DNA of 64,000 nucleotides. It comes from an uncultured Mollicutes bacterium. GTDB lineage: Bacteria; Bacillota_I; Bacilli_A; RF39; UBA660. Position 1 is the stretch's first letter; the number at the start of each line of letters is the position of its first letter. The DNA lies in NCBI GenBank assembly GCA_947652375.1, contig CANTCS010000003.1, forward strand, positions 4,914-68,913. Reading direction: 5' to 3'. The notes beneath the pieces were generated by a model. It ran no database searches. It worked only from the letters and a program-made list of their open reading frames with translations, and was not told the DNA's origin. A program made the translations under genes and the position numbers. Below are positions 47,480 to 56,870 of this stretch, piece by piece.

Positions 47480-48485
47480 TAAGGAAAAACGTTGTAATGG
47501 TTGTGGTATTTTATTACAAGATGAAAATGTTTTACAAGAGGGATATACTACTAATTTAGAAAATGATATTTGTCAAAGATGTTTTAGAATGAAAAATTAT
47601 GGTGAATATCAAATTGTTACTAAATCTAATGATGAATATTTAAAGATTTTAAAAAGTGTTGGAGAAACTAAAGATTTAGTATTATATATTACTGATTTAT
47701 TAAATTTAGAAAAAAATATTGAAACAATTAGAACAGTTATTTCAAACAAAATGATTTTAGTTTTAAATAAAAAAGATGTTTTACCTAAATCAGTAAAAGA
47801 AACTAAGTTAATTAATTATTTAGCATCAAAAGATATTCATTTTGAAGAAGTAATTGTTGTTAGTGTTAATAAAAATTATAATATTGATTATTTATTAAAA
47901 AGAATTAAATATTTTCAAACAAGTAAAAATGTCTATGTAGTGGGACATACAAATGCTGGTAAAAGTAGTTTAATTAATAAGCTTATTAAAAATTATTCTG
48001 ATAAGACTCAAGAACTTACAATGAGTCCCTTGCCATCAACAACTCTTAATACTTTAACAATAGAAATAAATGATTATTTAACTCTTATTGATACTCCGGG
48101 ATTAGTAGATGTTGGTTCAATTTTAAATTATGTTGATGAAAAAATGGTTAAAAAAATATCTGCTAAAAAAGAAATAAAACCGAGAACTTATCAGTTAAGA
48201 AAAAATCAGTCTATTATAATTGAAGATATAATGAGAATTGATTATATTGATGGAGAAAAAAATAGTTTTACATTATATATTTCTAATGATTTAAAAGTAA
48301 AAAGATTATTAAATTTATTTAATAATAATGATTTAAAAGATAAAAGTAAAATTACATATGAAATGAAATATGATGAAGATTTAGTGATAAATGGTCTTGG
48401 TTTTATTAAAATTGTTAATAAAGGTACTATAGAAGTTTATATTGATAAAGATATTGAGACTTTTACAAGGAAAAGTTTAATCTAA
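47472..48485 (+). CDS. yqeH: ribosome biogenesis GTPase YqeH
   Basis: N-terminal zinc finger CNGCG...CQRCF, circularly permuted GTPase (LNKKDVLP, GHTNAGKSSLINKL, DTPGL). ATG 47472 overlaps the end of yqeG. Confidence 0.85.
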   Translation: MDNKEKRCNGCGILLQDENVLQEGYTTNLENDICQRCFRMKNYGEYQIVTKSNDEYLKILKSVGETKDLVLYITDLLNLEKNIETIRTVISNKMILVLNKKDVLPKSVKETKLINYLASKDIHFEEVIVVSVNKNYNIDYLLKRIKYFQTSKNVYVVGHTNAGKSSLINKLIKNYSDKTQELTMSPLPSTTLNTLTIEINDYLTLIDTPGLVDVGSILNYVDEKMVKKISAKKEIKPRTYQLRKNQSIIIEDIMRIDYIDGEKNSFTLYISNDLKVKRLLNLFNNNDLKDKSKITYEMKYDEDLVINGLGFIKIVNKGTIEVYIDKDIETFTRKSLI

Positions 48486-48543
48486 AATATATTTTTAAGT
48501 TTAATTTAGAAAAATATGTTATATTTATAATGAGGGTGAGAAA

Positions 48544-49320
48544 ATGAAAAATAAAAAGTGGTTAAAATGGGTTTTAATTGGATTTGTTGTAATTGTAGTG
48601 GCTTTTTTAGGTCTTTGTGGTTATTGGGTGATTGAAGATTTAAAACAAGAGGAAATATTAAAGCAAGAGATAATAAATTATTCTAATAGAAATTTAGAGA
48701 CAGATGATTTTACGGTTACTGTTAAAACTTCGGGAGATTATGCTTATGTAGAAGAGGCGATTAAAAAATATTATAAAGAATTAAGTGATAATATTAAAGG
48801 AATGAATAAATATTTAACAGATGATGACTTTATGACTCTTCTAGCTCCTAATAATTTAGCAAATGATCGACCAAGTTATACTAATAGTCAAAATAAATTA
48901 AAAAATACAAAAGAAAATTTGAATAAATATTTGGAAGCTATTAATAAGTTATGTGATGAAAAAACAATAAAAAGTTTAATCGATAAAGATAAACTTGAAG
49001 ATTATGATTATTATTATGATTTTTATTTAAAGTTGATGTATACTGAGAAAGATAAAAAAGCTTTGGCTGATTTAAGAAATCAAATGGATTCAATATTAAA
49101 ACAGTTAAATCAGTTTTTGGATAAGGCTTCAGAAATTTTAGTCTTCTTAGAAAAAAACGATTCTTTAATACAATATGAAAATAATAAATTATATTTTAAT
49201 TCAACTGAATCACTTAATCAATATAATAAGTTAATTAATGAATTACAATTAATGGCTAAAAATTTTACAACTAATAATTATTCTAAACCAAATAATGATA
49301 AAAAGGTGTCTGAGGTTTAA
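48544..49320 (+). CDS. hypothetical N-anchored coiled-coil protein (258 aa)
   Basis: GAGGGTGAG RBS, one N-terminal TM, K/E/N-rich remainder. Confidence 0.5.
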   Translation: MKNKKWLKWVLIGFVVIVVAFLGLCGYWVIEDLKQEEILKQEIINYSNRNLETDDFTVTVKTSGDYAYVEEAIKKYYKELSDNIKGMNKYLTDDDFMTLLAPNNLANDRPSYTNSQNKLKNTKENLNKYLEAINKLCDEKTIKSLIDKDKLEDYDYYYDFYLKLMYTEKDKKALADLRNQMDSILKQLNQFLDKASEILVFLEKNDSLIQYENNKLYFNSTESLNQYNKLINELQLMAKNFTTNNYSKPNNDKKVSEV

Positions 49321-49323
49321 AAG

Positions 49324-49350
49324 CAAGTCAAGGGGATGACTTGTTTTTTT
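49324..49350 (+). terminator. rho-independent terminator
   Basis: CAAGTCA-agggga-TGACTTG followed by T7. Confidence 0.7.
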
Positions 49351-49430
49351 GTCAATTGGTGTAAAACGACTAAAATTTTGTTTTTTAGATATTTACTTTT
49401 TAAAACTATTTTTGTAATATAATAATAAGT

Positions 49431-49456
49431 AGTGGTTGATAGTGGTGAAAAGTGGG
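49431..49456 (+). promoter_or_regulatory. MraZ operator: three direct repeats at 10-bp spacing
   Basis: AGTGGT (49431), AGTGGT (49441) and AGTGGG (49451) lie immediately upstream of the mraZ ATG. This matches the known GTGG[TG]/TGGGN x3, 10-bp-period MraZ boxes. Confidence 0.65.
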
Positions 49457-49465
49457 GGATGAAAA

Positions 49466-49903
49466 ATGTTTATTGGAGAATATCATCATACAATAGACAA
49501 TAAGGGAAGGATTATTATTCCTGCTAAATTTCGTGAAGAATTAGGGGATAATTTTATTATTACTAGGGGAATAGAGTCTTGCCTTTTTGTTTATCCGCTT
49601 GAGAATTTTAATAGAATTACTGATAAATTAGCTTCATTGCCTTTCACTAAAAAAGATGCGAGAAATTTTAGTCGTTTCTTTATGTCAGGTGCTACGAATG
49701 TAGAATTAGATAAACAGGGTCGTGTCAATGTGGCTATTCCATTAATTGATTATGCACATATAGAAAAAGATTGTGTTATAATTGGAACTGGTGATAGACT
49801 TGAGATTTGGTCACAAGAAAATTGGGAAAGTTTCTTTAATTCTAGTATTGAAAATATGTCAGACATAGCTGAAAATTTATTTAATGAAAGTGTGGATTTA
49901 TAA
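49466..49903 (+). CDS. mraZ: transcriptional regulator MraZ
   Basis: Two MraZ/SpoVT-AbrB repeats (DNKGRIIIPAKFR and DKQGRVNVAIP). Confidence 0.9.
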   Translation: MFIGEYHHTIDNKGRIIIPAKFREELGDNFIITRGIESCLFVYPLENFNRITDKLASLPFTKKDARNFSRFFMSGATNVELDKQGRVNVAIPLIDYAHIEKDCVIIGTGDRLEIWSQENWESFFNSSIENMSDIAENLFNESVDL

Positions 49904-50832
49904 TGGAAAAACATATAAGTGTATTACTAAAAGAGTCTATTTCCTCCCTAAATTTAGACGATAATAGTATTATTGTTGATGCAACACTTGGCTATGGAGG
50001 ACACAGTAGTAACATCTTAGATAGAATAAATAAGGGGTATTTGTTCGCCTTTGACCAAGATAGTGAAGCTATTCGGCATAGTACCAGTCGCTTAAGTGAG
50101 ATTGGTACTAACTTCACTATCATAAAAAGTAATTTTGTACATATGAAAAAGGAACTTGAAAAACTGGGTGTTAAAGAAGTAGATGGAATTTTATTTGATT
50201 TAGGAGTATCTTCACCACAACTTGATGATGTAGAACGAGGTTTCTCATTTCATAAAGATGCAAAACTTGATATGAGAATGGATAGGGAACAAAAATTATC
50301 TGCTTATGAAGTTGTTAATGAATATAAGAAAGAAGATTTAGCTTTTATTTTTAAAAAATATGGAGAAGATAAATTTGCTAATAATATAGCTAAAAAAATT
50401 GTTGATTATAGAAATAGTAAACCGATAGAGACTACTTTAGAATTAGTAGAAATTATTAAAACTGCTGTTCCACTTAAGTTTCGCAAAGATAAACATCCAG
50501 CTCGACAAATTTTTCAAGCTATTAGAATAGAAGTAAATCACGAATTAGATGTAATAGAACCAGCGCTTGAGCAAGCTTTAGAGTTAATTAAAATAGGTGG
50601 AAGAGTTGCGGTTATAACATTTCATTCGTTAGAAGATAGAATAGTTAAAAACTATTTTAAAAAAAAGTGTATGATTGATGATAAAGTTAAAGGGATGCCT
50701 AATATACCATTAGAATATTTACCGGATTATAAATTGGTTGTTAATAAAGCAATTATACCAAGTGATGAGGAAGTTGAATATAATCCTCGAGCTAGAAGTT
50801 CAAAGCTTAGAGTGATAGAAAAAGTTAAATAG
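49903..50832 (+). CDS. rsmH: 16S rRNA (cytosine1402-N4)-methyltransferase
   Basis: HISVLLKE, DATLGYGGHS, FDLGVSSPQLD, ITFHSLEDR. Confidence 0.9.
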   Translation: MEKHISVLLKESISSLNLDDNSIIVDATLGYGGHSSNILDRINKGYLFAFDQDSEAIRHSTSRLSEIGTNFTIIKSNFVHMKKELEKLGVKEVDGILFDLGVSSPQLDDVERGFSFHKDAKLDMRMDREQKLSAYEVVNEYKKEDLAFIFKKYGEDKFANNIAKKIVDYRNSKPIETTLELVEIIKTAVPLKFRKDKHPARQIFQAIRIEVNHELDVIEPALEQALELIKIGGRVAVITFHSLEDRIVKNYFKKKCMIDDKVKGMPNIPLEYLPDYKLVVNKAIIPSDEEVEYNPRARSSKLRVIEKVK

Positions 50833-50845
50833 GAGATGATTTTAG

Positions 50846-51145
50846 ATGAGAAAGGTAAAAAAAAGATTGAAGATGTCAAAGTTTGAAAAATTATTATATT
50901 CTTTAGCTCTTTTCTTATTAGTAGTATCACCAGTATTAACAGTTTTTTCGAAAGCTACTTTAGCAGAAATTAATTTTGAGGTTGAAAAACAAAAAAAAGA
51001 GATTGATAAGCAGAAGAAAACTAATGAATCGCTTGCGATGACAATAGATGAACTTGCATCTTTAACAAAAATACAAGAAGTTGCAGAACAACAAGGTTTA
51101 AGTTATAATAATAGTAATATAAAAACTATTGTAGAAGATAACTAA
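50846..51145 (+). CDS. ftsL: cell division protein FtsL
   Basis: Small bitopic protein (TM followed by a coiled coil) between rsmH and the PBP gene. Confidence 0.7.
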   Translation: MRKVKKRLKMSKFEKLLYSLALFLLVVSPVLTVFSKATLAEINFEVEKQKKEIDKQKKTNESLAMTIDELASLTKIQEVAEQQGLSYNNSNIKTIVEDN

Positions 51146-51157
51146 GGATGTGATATT

Positions 51158-53305
51158 TTGAAAAGTAAAAGACGAGGAAATAATATTAAATATCCAAGAG
51201 TAATTATATTAGTTTCTCTTCTTTTATTTTGTTTAATGATTTTTAGAGTAATAGATTTAGGATTATCTAAAAAAATTGATGGAATAAATATAAAAAACTT
51301 AGCAAGTCAAAGAACGACTAGAACTGATGTTGTTTCAGCGAAAAGAGGTTCAATATATTCAAGTAATGGTGAAGTACTTGCACAAAATGTTTCATCTTAT
51401 AAGTTAATTGCATATCTTGATCCTAAAAGAACTACTGATAAAAAAAAACCACAACATGTTGTAAATAAAGATGAAACAGCAGAAAAACTTGCTCCTATAC
51501 TGGGGATGGAAAAAGAAGAGGTTTTAAAATATTTAAATAAAGAAAATATTTATCAGACAGAATTTGGTAGTAAGGGTAAGGGACTTAATGAGCTTACAAA
51601 AAAGAAAATAGAGAATTTAAATTTATCAGGACTTGATTTTATAGAAAGTTTTAAAAGATATTATCCAAAGGGAGATTTCTCATCTTATACCGTTGGTTAT
51701 GCTAAAAATGAAAATGATGAAAGCTCTACTATTAAAGGGGAGATGGGAATTGAGAAACAATATGATACAATTTTAAAAGGAGAAAATGGTTATACTTCGT
51801 ATCAAAAAGATTTAAAAGGATATAAAATTTCTAATACTCCTGTGATGAAAAAAGATGCTATTCAAGGAAAAGATATTTATCTTACTATTGATTCTAATAT
51901 TCAGTTTTTTATAGAACAAGCTCTTAATAATGCAGATAAAGATTTTGATTGGGAATTTTTTCATATAACAATTCTGGATGCTAAGAGTGGGGCTGTTTTA
52001 GGAACAGCAACTTCGCCATCTTTTGATCCGAATAAAAGAGATATTTCTAATTATTTAGATATGTTAGTAGCTTCTCCTTATGAACCTGGCTCTACTATGA
52101 AAACTTTTACATATATGGCAGCTATGGAAAATGGAGTTTATAATGGAAATGAAACTTATAAATCAGGTGTTTATGTTACAAATGATGGTACAGAAATAGG
52201 TGATTGGAATCGTGGTGGTTGGGGAATTATCTCCTATGATAAAGGTTATGCTATGAGTAGTAATGTTGGAGTTATTAATATTATTAATAAACATATGTCG
52301 AGTGTGATGCTTAGACAATATTTTAAAAAATTGGGATTTGGTAAAAAGACTGGCATTGAACTTCCAAATGAATCTCGGGGAAATTTAGAGTTTAAATATG
52401 AGACGGAAGTTTATAATGCGGGATTTGGACAAGGTATTACAACTACGCCAATTCAAAATGTGAAAGCTATGACACCTCTGACAAATGATGGAATGTTATT
52501 AGAACCATTTATTGTTTCTAAAATTGTAAATTCGGAAACGGGAGAAGTTGATTTAGAAAATAAAAGAGAAGAAATTGAAAGAGTGGCATCAACTAATACG
52601 GTAAATAAAATGATTCAATTAATGGATGATTGTGTAAATGGAGATGGAAATACAGGAAGTGGGTATAAAATTAATGGAGAAGAATTGATAGGAAAAACTG
52701 GAACAGCTCAAATTGCTAATACAAAAGGAGGAGGTTACTTAGATGGGAAAGAAGATATTATTTCTTCCTTTTCAGGAATATATCCAAAGAGTGATCCTCA
52801 AATTATAATTTATGCTTCTGTAAAAAGGCCTACAGCTGGTAGTCAAAAACCTATTAGTAATGCTATTAAAGAGATAGTTACAAATATTTCTAAATATTAT
52901 GGAAATAGTGATAGTGCAGAGTCTTCTATAGAAATAAAAGATTATAAATTACCAAGTTTAGTAAATAAGAAAATAGATGCAGTAAAATTATTCTTAGATA
53001 GTAGACAAATAAAATATATTATTATTGGAAATGGCGAAAAAGTTATAAAACAATCACCTAATAAAAATAATGTTATTACAACAAATGATATAGTCTTTTT
53101 AATAACTAATGATGCAAATATTACAGTTCCTGATGTGGTGGGATTATCTTCAAAAGTGGCTAATGATTTATTAAAAAAATTAGGTTTAAAAGTTAAGTTA
53201 GAGGGAGTTGGATATGTTACAGAACAATCAGTTTCTCAGTCAACTCCAATAACAGAGGGAATGGAAATAATTCTTAAATTAGCTCCTAAATATAATGTTG
53301 AGTAG
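51158..53305 (+). CDS. class B penicillin-binding protein (FtsI/PBP2B/SpoVD type) with two PASTA domains
   Basis: TTG start, N-terminal TM, transpeptidase motifs STMK, SSN and KTGT, two C-terminal PASTA-like repeats. Confidence 0.9.
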   Translation: MKSKRRGNNIKYPRVIILVSLLLFCLMIFRVIDLGLSKKIDGINIKNLASQRTTRTDVVSAKRGSIYSSNGEVLAQNVSSYKLIAYLDPKRTTDKKKPQHVVNKDETAEKLAPILGMEKEEVLKYLNKENIYQTEFGSKGKGLNELTKKKIENLNLSGLDFIESFKRYYPKGDFSSYTVGYAKNENDESSTIKGEMGIEKQYDTILKGENGYTSYQKDLKGYKISNTPVMKKDAIQGKDIYLTIDSNIQFFIEQALNNADKDFDWEFFHITILDAKSGAVLGTATSPSFDPNKRDISNYLDMLVASPYEPGSTMKTFTYMAAMENGVYNGNETYKSGVYVTNDGTEIGDWNRGGWGIISYDKGYAMSSNVGVINIINKHMSSVMLRQYFKKLGFGKKTGIELPNESRGNLEFKYETEVYNAGFGQGITTTPIQNVKAMTPLTNDGMLLEPFIVSKIVNSETGEVDLENKREEIERVASTNTVNKMIQLMDDCVNGDGNTGSGYKINGEELIGKTGTAQIANTKGGGYLDGKEDIISSFSGIYPKSDPQIIIYASVKRPTAGSQKPISNAIKEIVTNISKYYGNSDSAESSIEIKDYKLPSLVNKKIDAVKLFLDSRQIKYIIIGNGEKVIKQSPNKNNVITTNDIVFLITNDANITVPDVVGLSSKVANDLLKKLGLKVKLEGVGYVTEQSVSQSTPITEGMEIILKLAPKYNVE

Positions 53306-53313
53306 GTGTTTAT

Positions 53314-54180
53314 ATGAAGAGGAAATTATTAATTATTTTAGAAATAATAGTTATTATATTTGCATCTCTTTATTATTTAGTAAAAGAAGTAATACCTGAA
53401 TATAAAAAGAATAAAGGTTCAAGTGATGGTTTTGTTAATACAAAAATAATTTCTAATACAATTGAATTTAAAATAAATAATAATGTTAATTTTGCAATTT
53501 TATTAACTGAAGATAATCAGTTAGAACATATTTTATTTTTTGATGAAAAATCTTTATGTTTGTATAATAAAAATATTGAGAATAAAAAAATAGCGGAATC
53601 TTTAGAAATAATAATTAAATTGTTAATTGAAAATAATTTTTTAGATAGTTTTTCAAATTTAGAAATAATAAGATATGAAAATGATAATTATGTGGAATTT
53701 TTAAATGTTTTATCAATAATACTTAAGAAATATGAAATAAATTGTAAAGTTATTGAGACAGTTAAAAATCTTGAAGATAAAGTTCAAGAATTAGATTTGG
53801 ATTATGAGGAATTTAGTGCTTTAATAAATTTAGATTATTATTCTAAAGAGATAATAAAAGAATATAAAAGTAAAGAAAAGCATTTTAAGAATGAGAAATT
53901 AAATTATGATAATGCAATTACTTTTACAAATAATGTTTATAAAAAACTTGAAAAGTACATTAAAGATAGTAATATTCAAAATCTTGACAAGGATAATACA
54001 GAATTATTAATTACGATGATACCTAGTGATAGTAATGGTAATTATTATCCTACTGATAAGAGTTGGTATTTAGTTGATAGTGGTAAGGTTTATGCTTATA
54101 TTGAACTTATTTATAATAATCAAAGTTTTGGGTACTGTTATAATGGTTCAATTGATTTAGTAAAAGAAGGTGTATGTTAA
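53314..54180 (+). CDS. hypothetical N-anchored protein (288 aa)
   Basis: One N-terminal TM. No motifs. Follows the PBP gene after 8 nt. Confidence 0.5.
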   Translation: MKRKLLIILEIIVIIFASLYYLVKEVIPEYKKNKGSSDGFVNTKIISNTIEFKINNNVNFAILLTEDNQLEHILFFDEKSLCLYNKNIENKKIAESLEIIIKLLIENNFLDSFSNLEIIRYENDNYVEFLNVLSIILKKYEINCKVIETVKNLEDKVQELDLDYEEFSALINLDYYSKEIIKEYKSKEKHFKNEKLNYDNAITFTNNVYKKLEKYIKDSNIQNLDKDNTELLITMIPSDSNGNYYPTDKSWYLVDSGKVYAYIELIYNNQSFGYCYNGSIDLVKEGVC

Positions 54181-54708
54181 ATGGTGAAAATGATTAATAT
54201 AAGAAATAGTATTATAGCGATTCTTTGTGGGACTATAATATTTATGGCGATTGGTTTTATGGTTTTATCGGTAAGACTTGATAATAAAAATAAAGAGATT
54301 AATAGTTATAAAGTTATTTTTAAAGAGGTAATTAAAGATTCTTCAACTAGAGGTGGAAATATTGAACCAAAGGGATTAGTGGATATTGCTGCTAATGGTA
54401 AAGAGTTAGATATGAATTTTACTTTATATAATGCTAATGATGAATTAAGTTATATAATTAAGATTAAAAATGAGGGGACAGTTAAGGCTAGGATAGTTGA
54501 TTTATTAGGAAGTCCCGATTATCAAAATGTTGAATATAAATACATTATTGATCCTGTTGTAATAACTTCTAATAATTTGGTAAAAAAGGAACTTGCTCCT
54601 TTAGAGGAGATAGATTTAAAAATTTCAGTTAAATATAGTCCATCAATAAAAACTGGGGTGAGAACTTTTAATTATAAATTAGGTTTAATTACAGAATTTG
54701 TAAATTGA
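54181..54708 (+). CDS. hypothetical N-anchored beta-rich protein (175 aa)
   Basis: Starts directly after the upstream stop. One TM, then SYIIKIKNEGTVKARIVDL-type beta strands. Confidence 0.5.
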   Translation: MVKMINIRNSIIAILCGTIIFMAIGFMVLSVRLDNKNKEINSYKVIFKEVIKDSSTRGGNIEPKGLVDIAANGKELDMNFTLYNANDELSYIIKIKNEGTVKARIVDLLGSPDYQNVEYKYIIDPVVITSNNLVKKELAPLEEIDLKISVKYSPSIKTGVRTFNYKLGLITEFVN

Positions 54709-55015
54709 TATTAATATTTTCCTTTATTTTTACTTGTTTTTTGGGATTAAATTCTAAGTGAATTTTATGAAAATGTAGTGAAATATAATATTGGTGATGA
54801 CTTAATAGGAAAAGTGATTTGTTATTACAAGAGTAAAAGTTATATCTTTTTGTGAGAATTATTTAAAAGATACAATGTATGGGATAAAAAGCGCTTGACA
54901 GAGAAAATTATATGATATATATTTTTAATAGAATAAAAGTTTTAAATGGAGTATGTTGCTAGTTTATAATTTTATTCTTTTATTTTCTTTTAAATTAAAA
55001 GGAGGCTGATTTTTT

Positions 55016-56227
55016 TTGAAAATAAATATTACTGAAGCAATGCCAGGAATGGTTCTTGATAAACCTGTTGTAAGAGGGAATGTAATATTAGTAGAAAAGG
55101 GAGAAACTTTATCTTTGCCTTTAATTGATAAATTAGAAAAGCGTTTTAGAATAGAAACTATTGATATCGTTTCTAATGAAAAAACAGAGGTTGATAGTAA
55201 TAGTAATACAATTAGTGAGCAATTAATTAGATCTACAAAAACAGCGTTATTAGAATATGATGCTACAAAAATTGAAGAAAATGCATCTTCAATGGTATCG
55301 GCAATTTTAAAAAATGTTGATTTTAATGGTAGTTTTTCTAATTTGAAATTTAATTTAGAAGCTTGTAAAGATAAAACAGATGAAATAGATGCTTGCTTAG
55401 ACCACTCAATTAGAGTAGCAACTTTTTCTATAATTTTGGCTTATCTATATAATGAAAGAATTAAAAGAGATGTAAGAGAATTAAGTGAATTGAAATTAAG
55501 ATTAATAGATTATCGTGATATTACTATTGCAAGTTTGTTACATGATAGTGGGCAATTTAATCAAAGTGAAGAAATTTTGAAAATGGTTAAAGCTTTAACT
55601 AAAACTACAAAATTAGTTAATATGCTTTATAACATTAATGATATTCCTACGGATAGATTTGATAATAAATATAAAGAGTTTTATTCTTTTTGTGTAGCAA
55701 CTAAGCTTTATGATATTAATTATGATATGCGATATATGATTTTATTTTCTGATGAAAATGAAAATAATACTGGTCCTTTAAAACCAAAAGCTTTTGATGA
55801 TAAAAAAACTCATAGATGTGTTGTAGGAGCAAAAATTATTCGTCTTGTTAATCTTTATGATAACTATTTATCGCATTGTATTAATAATGGGGATGGCTTA
55901 GAAAATATAGTAGCAATATTGGGACAAGCTTCTATTAATGGAGTAGTTAATAAACAACTAACTGATCTATTTTTAGAAAATATTCCAATTTATCCAGTAG
56001 GAACTAAAGTTGTTCTTTCTAATGGTGAAAGGGCGGTTGTTGTAAAACCTTTTACTGGGTATACTTATGCTTCGAGACCAGTAGTTAGATTACTAAATAG
56101 TAATAAAATTGTTCGATTAAATGAAGAAAATTCAATAGTAATTTTGGGTGTTGCTGATGAAAATGTTGATATGGTTGTTAATGACCAATTGAAAGATGTT
56201 GATACTCATATTTCAAAGAGAAGATAA
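55016..56227 (+). CDS. HD-domain protein with HD-GYP-like architecture but a degenerate HHE/GYP region
   Basis: TTG start after an AAAGGAGG RBS. N-terminal MPGMVLDKPV..G..L..KG domain, HD residues (LDHSIRVA, LLHDSGQ), C-terminal YPVGTKVVLSNGERAVVV. Where HHExxDGxGYP would be expected, the sequence reads FSDENENNTGPLKP. Confidence 0.6.
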   Translation: MKINITEAMPGMVLDKPVVRGNVILVEKGETLSLPLIDKLEKRFRIETIDIVSNEKTEVDSNSNTISEQLIRSTKTALLEYDATKIEENASSMVSAILKNVDFNGSFSNLKFNLEACKDKTDEIDACLDHSIRVATFSIILAYLYNERIKRDVRELSELKLRLIDYRDITIASLLHDSGQFNQSEEILKMVKALTKTTKLVNMLYNINDIPTDRFDNKYKEFYSFCVATKLYDINYDMRYMILFSDENENNTGPLKPKAFDDKKTHRCVVGAKIIRLVNLYDNYLSHCINNGDGLENIVAILGQASINGVVNKQLTDLFLENIPIYPVGTKVVLSNGERAVVVKPFTGYTYASRPVVRLLNSNKIVRLNEENSIVILGVADENVDMVVNDQLKDVDTHISKRR

Positions 56228-56417
56228 TTCTTTTCTTTTTTTCTTTTTAGATTTAATAGATTGCTTGACATCTAAATAAATGTATTATATATTTTGACTA
56301 TATAATAAATTATCTTTAAATAGTCTTTTATGTATAGAATGGATTAATTTCTTAAAATAATTTTTTAAAAGATTTATTAGTTATTGTATTATTTTTAGTT
56401 AATGGGAGATTTAAATT

Positions 56418-56870
56418 ATGATAGATAAATTATTGGATGAGGCTATTAATGAAGCTAAAATTGGAGTTATGGAAAAACATGGAGGTCCATTTGGTGCAGT
56501 AATTGCGGATTCTCAGGGAAATATTATTAGTAGGGGACACAATGAAGTTTTAGTTAGCCATGATCCAACTATGCATGCGGAAGTTAATGCGATTAGAAAA
56601 GCTTGTCAAAAATTAAAAACAACTGATCTATCTCAGTATGTAATCTATAGTAGTTGTGAGCCTTGTCCAATGTGTTTGTCTGCTATAATTTGGGCTAATA
56701 TAAAAGTAATGTATTTTGGGGCGACTAGAAAAGATGCTGATAAAATTGGTTTTAAAGATAATATTATTTATGAATTCCTTGCTCATAAAAATCAAATTCT
56801 TAAATCTAATTATATATCGAAGATAGAATGTAGTGAAATGATGGAGAAGTATGAGGGGGAAATTTATTAA
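56418..56870 (+). CDS. guaD: guanine deaminase (CDA-fold, GuaD type)
   Basis: GGPFGAVI, HAEVNAIRKA, CEPCPMCLSAI. About 150 aa. Confidence 0.8.
   Translation: MIDKLLDEAINEAKIGVMEKHGGPFGAVIADSQGNIISRGHNEVLVSHDPTMHAEVNAIRKACQKLKTTDLSQYVIYSSCEPCPMCLSAIIWANIKVMYFGATRKDADKIGFKDNIIYEFLAHKNQILKSNYISKIECSEMMEKYEGEIY

Noticed and set aside
54709-55015. Possible c-di-GMP or other riboswitch, or a small ORF, in the long leader of the HD-domain gene
   Set aside because: No recognisable riboswitch core was found. All candidate small ORFs terminate within a few codons. It remains unexplained rather than positively identified.
56228-56417. Possible purine riboswitch upstream of the guanine deaminase gene
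   Set aside because: The 190-nt leader lacks the conserved purine-riboswitch loop and junction motifs (for example the TATAATCGCG...CTACCGGG-type core). It looks like plain AT-rich promoter DNA with TTGACA at about 56266.
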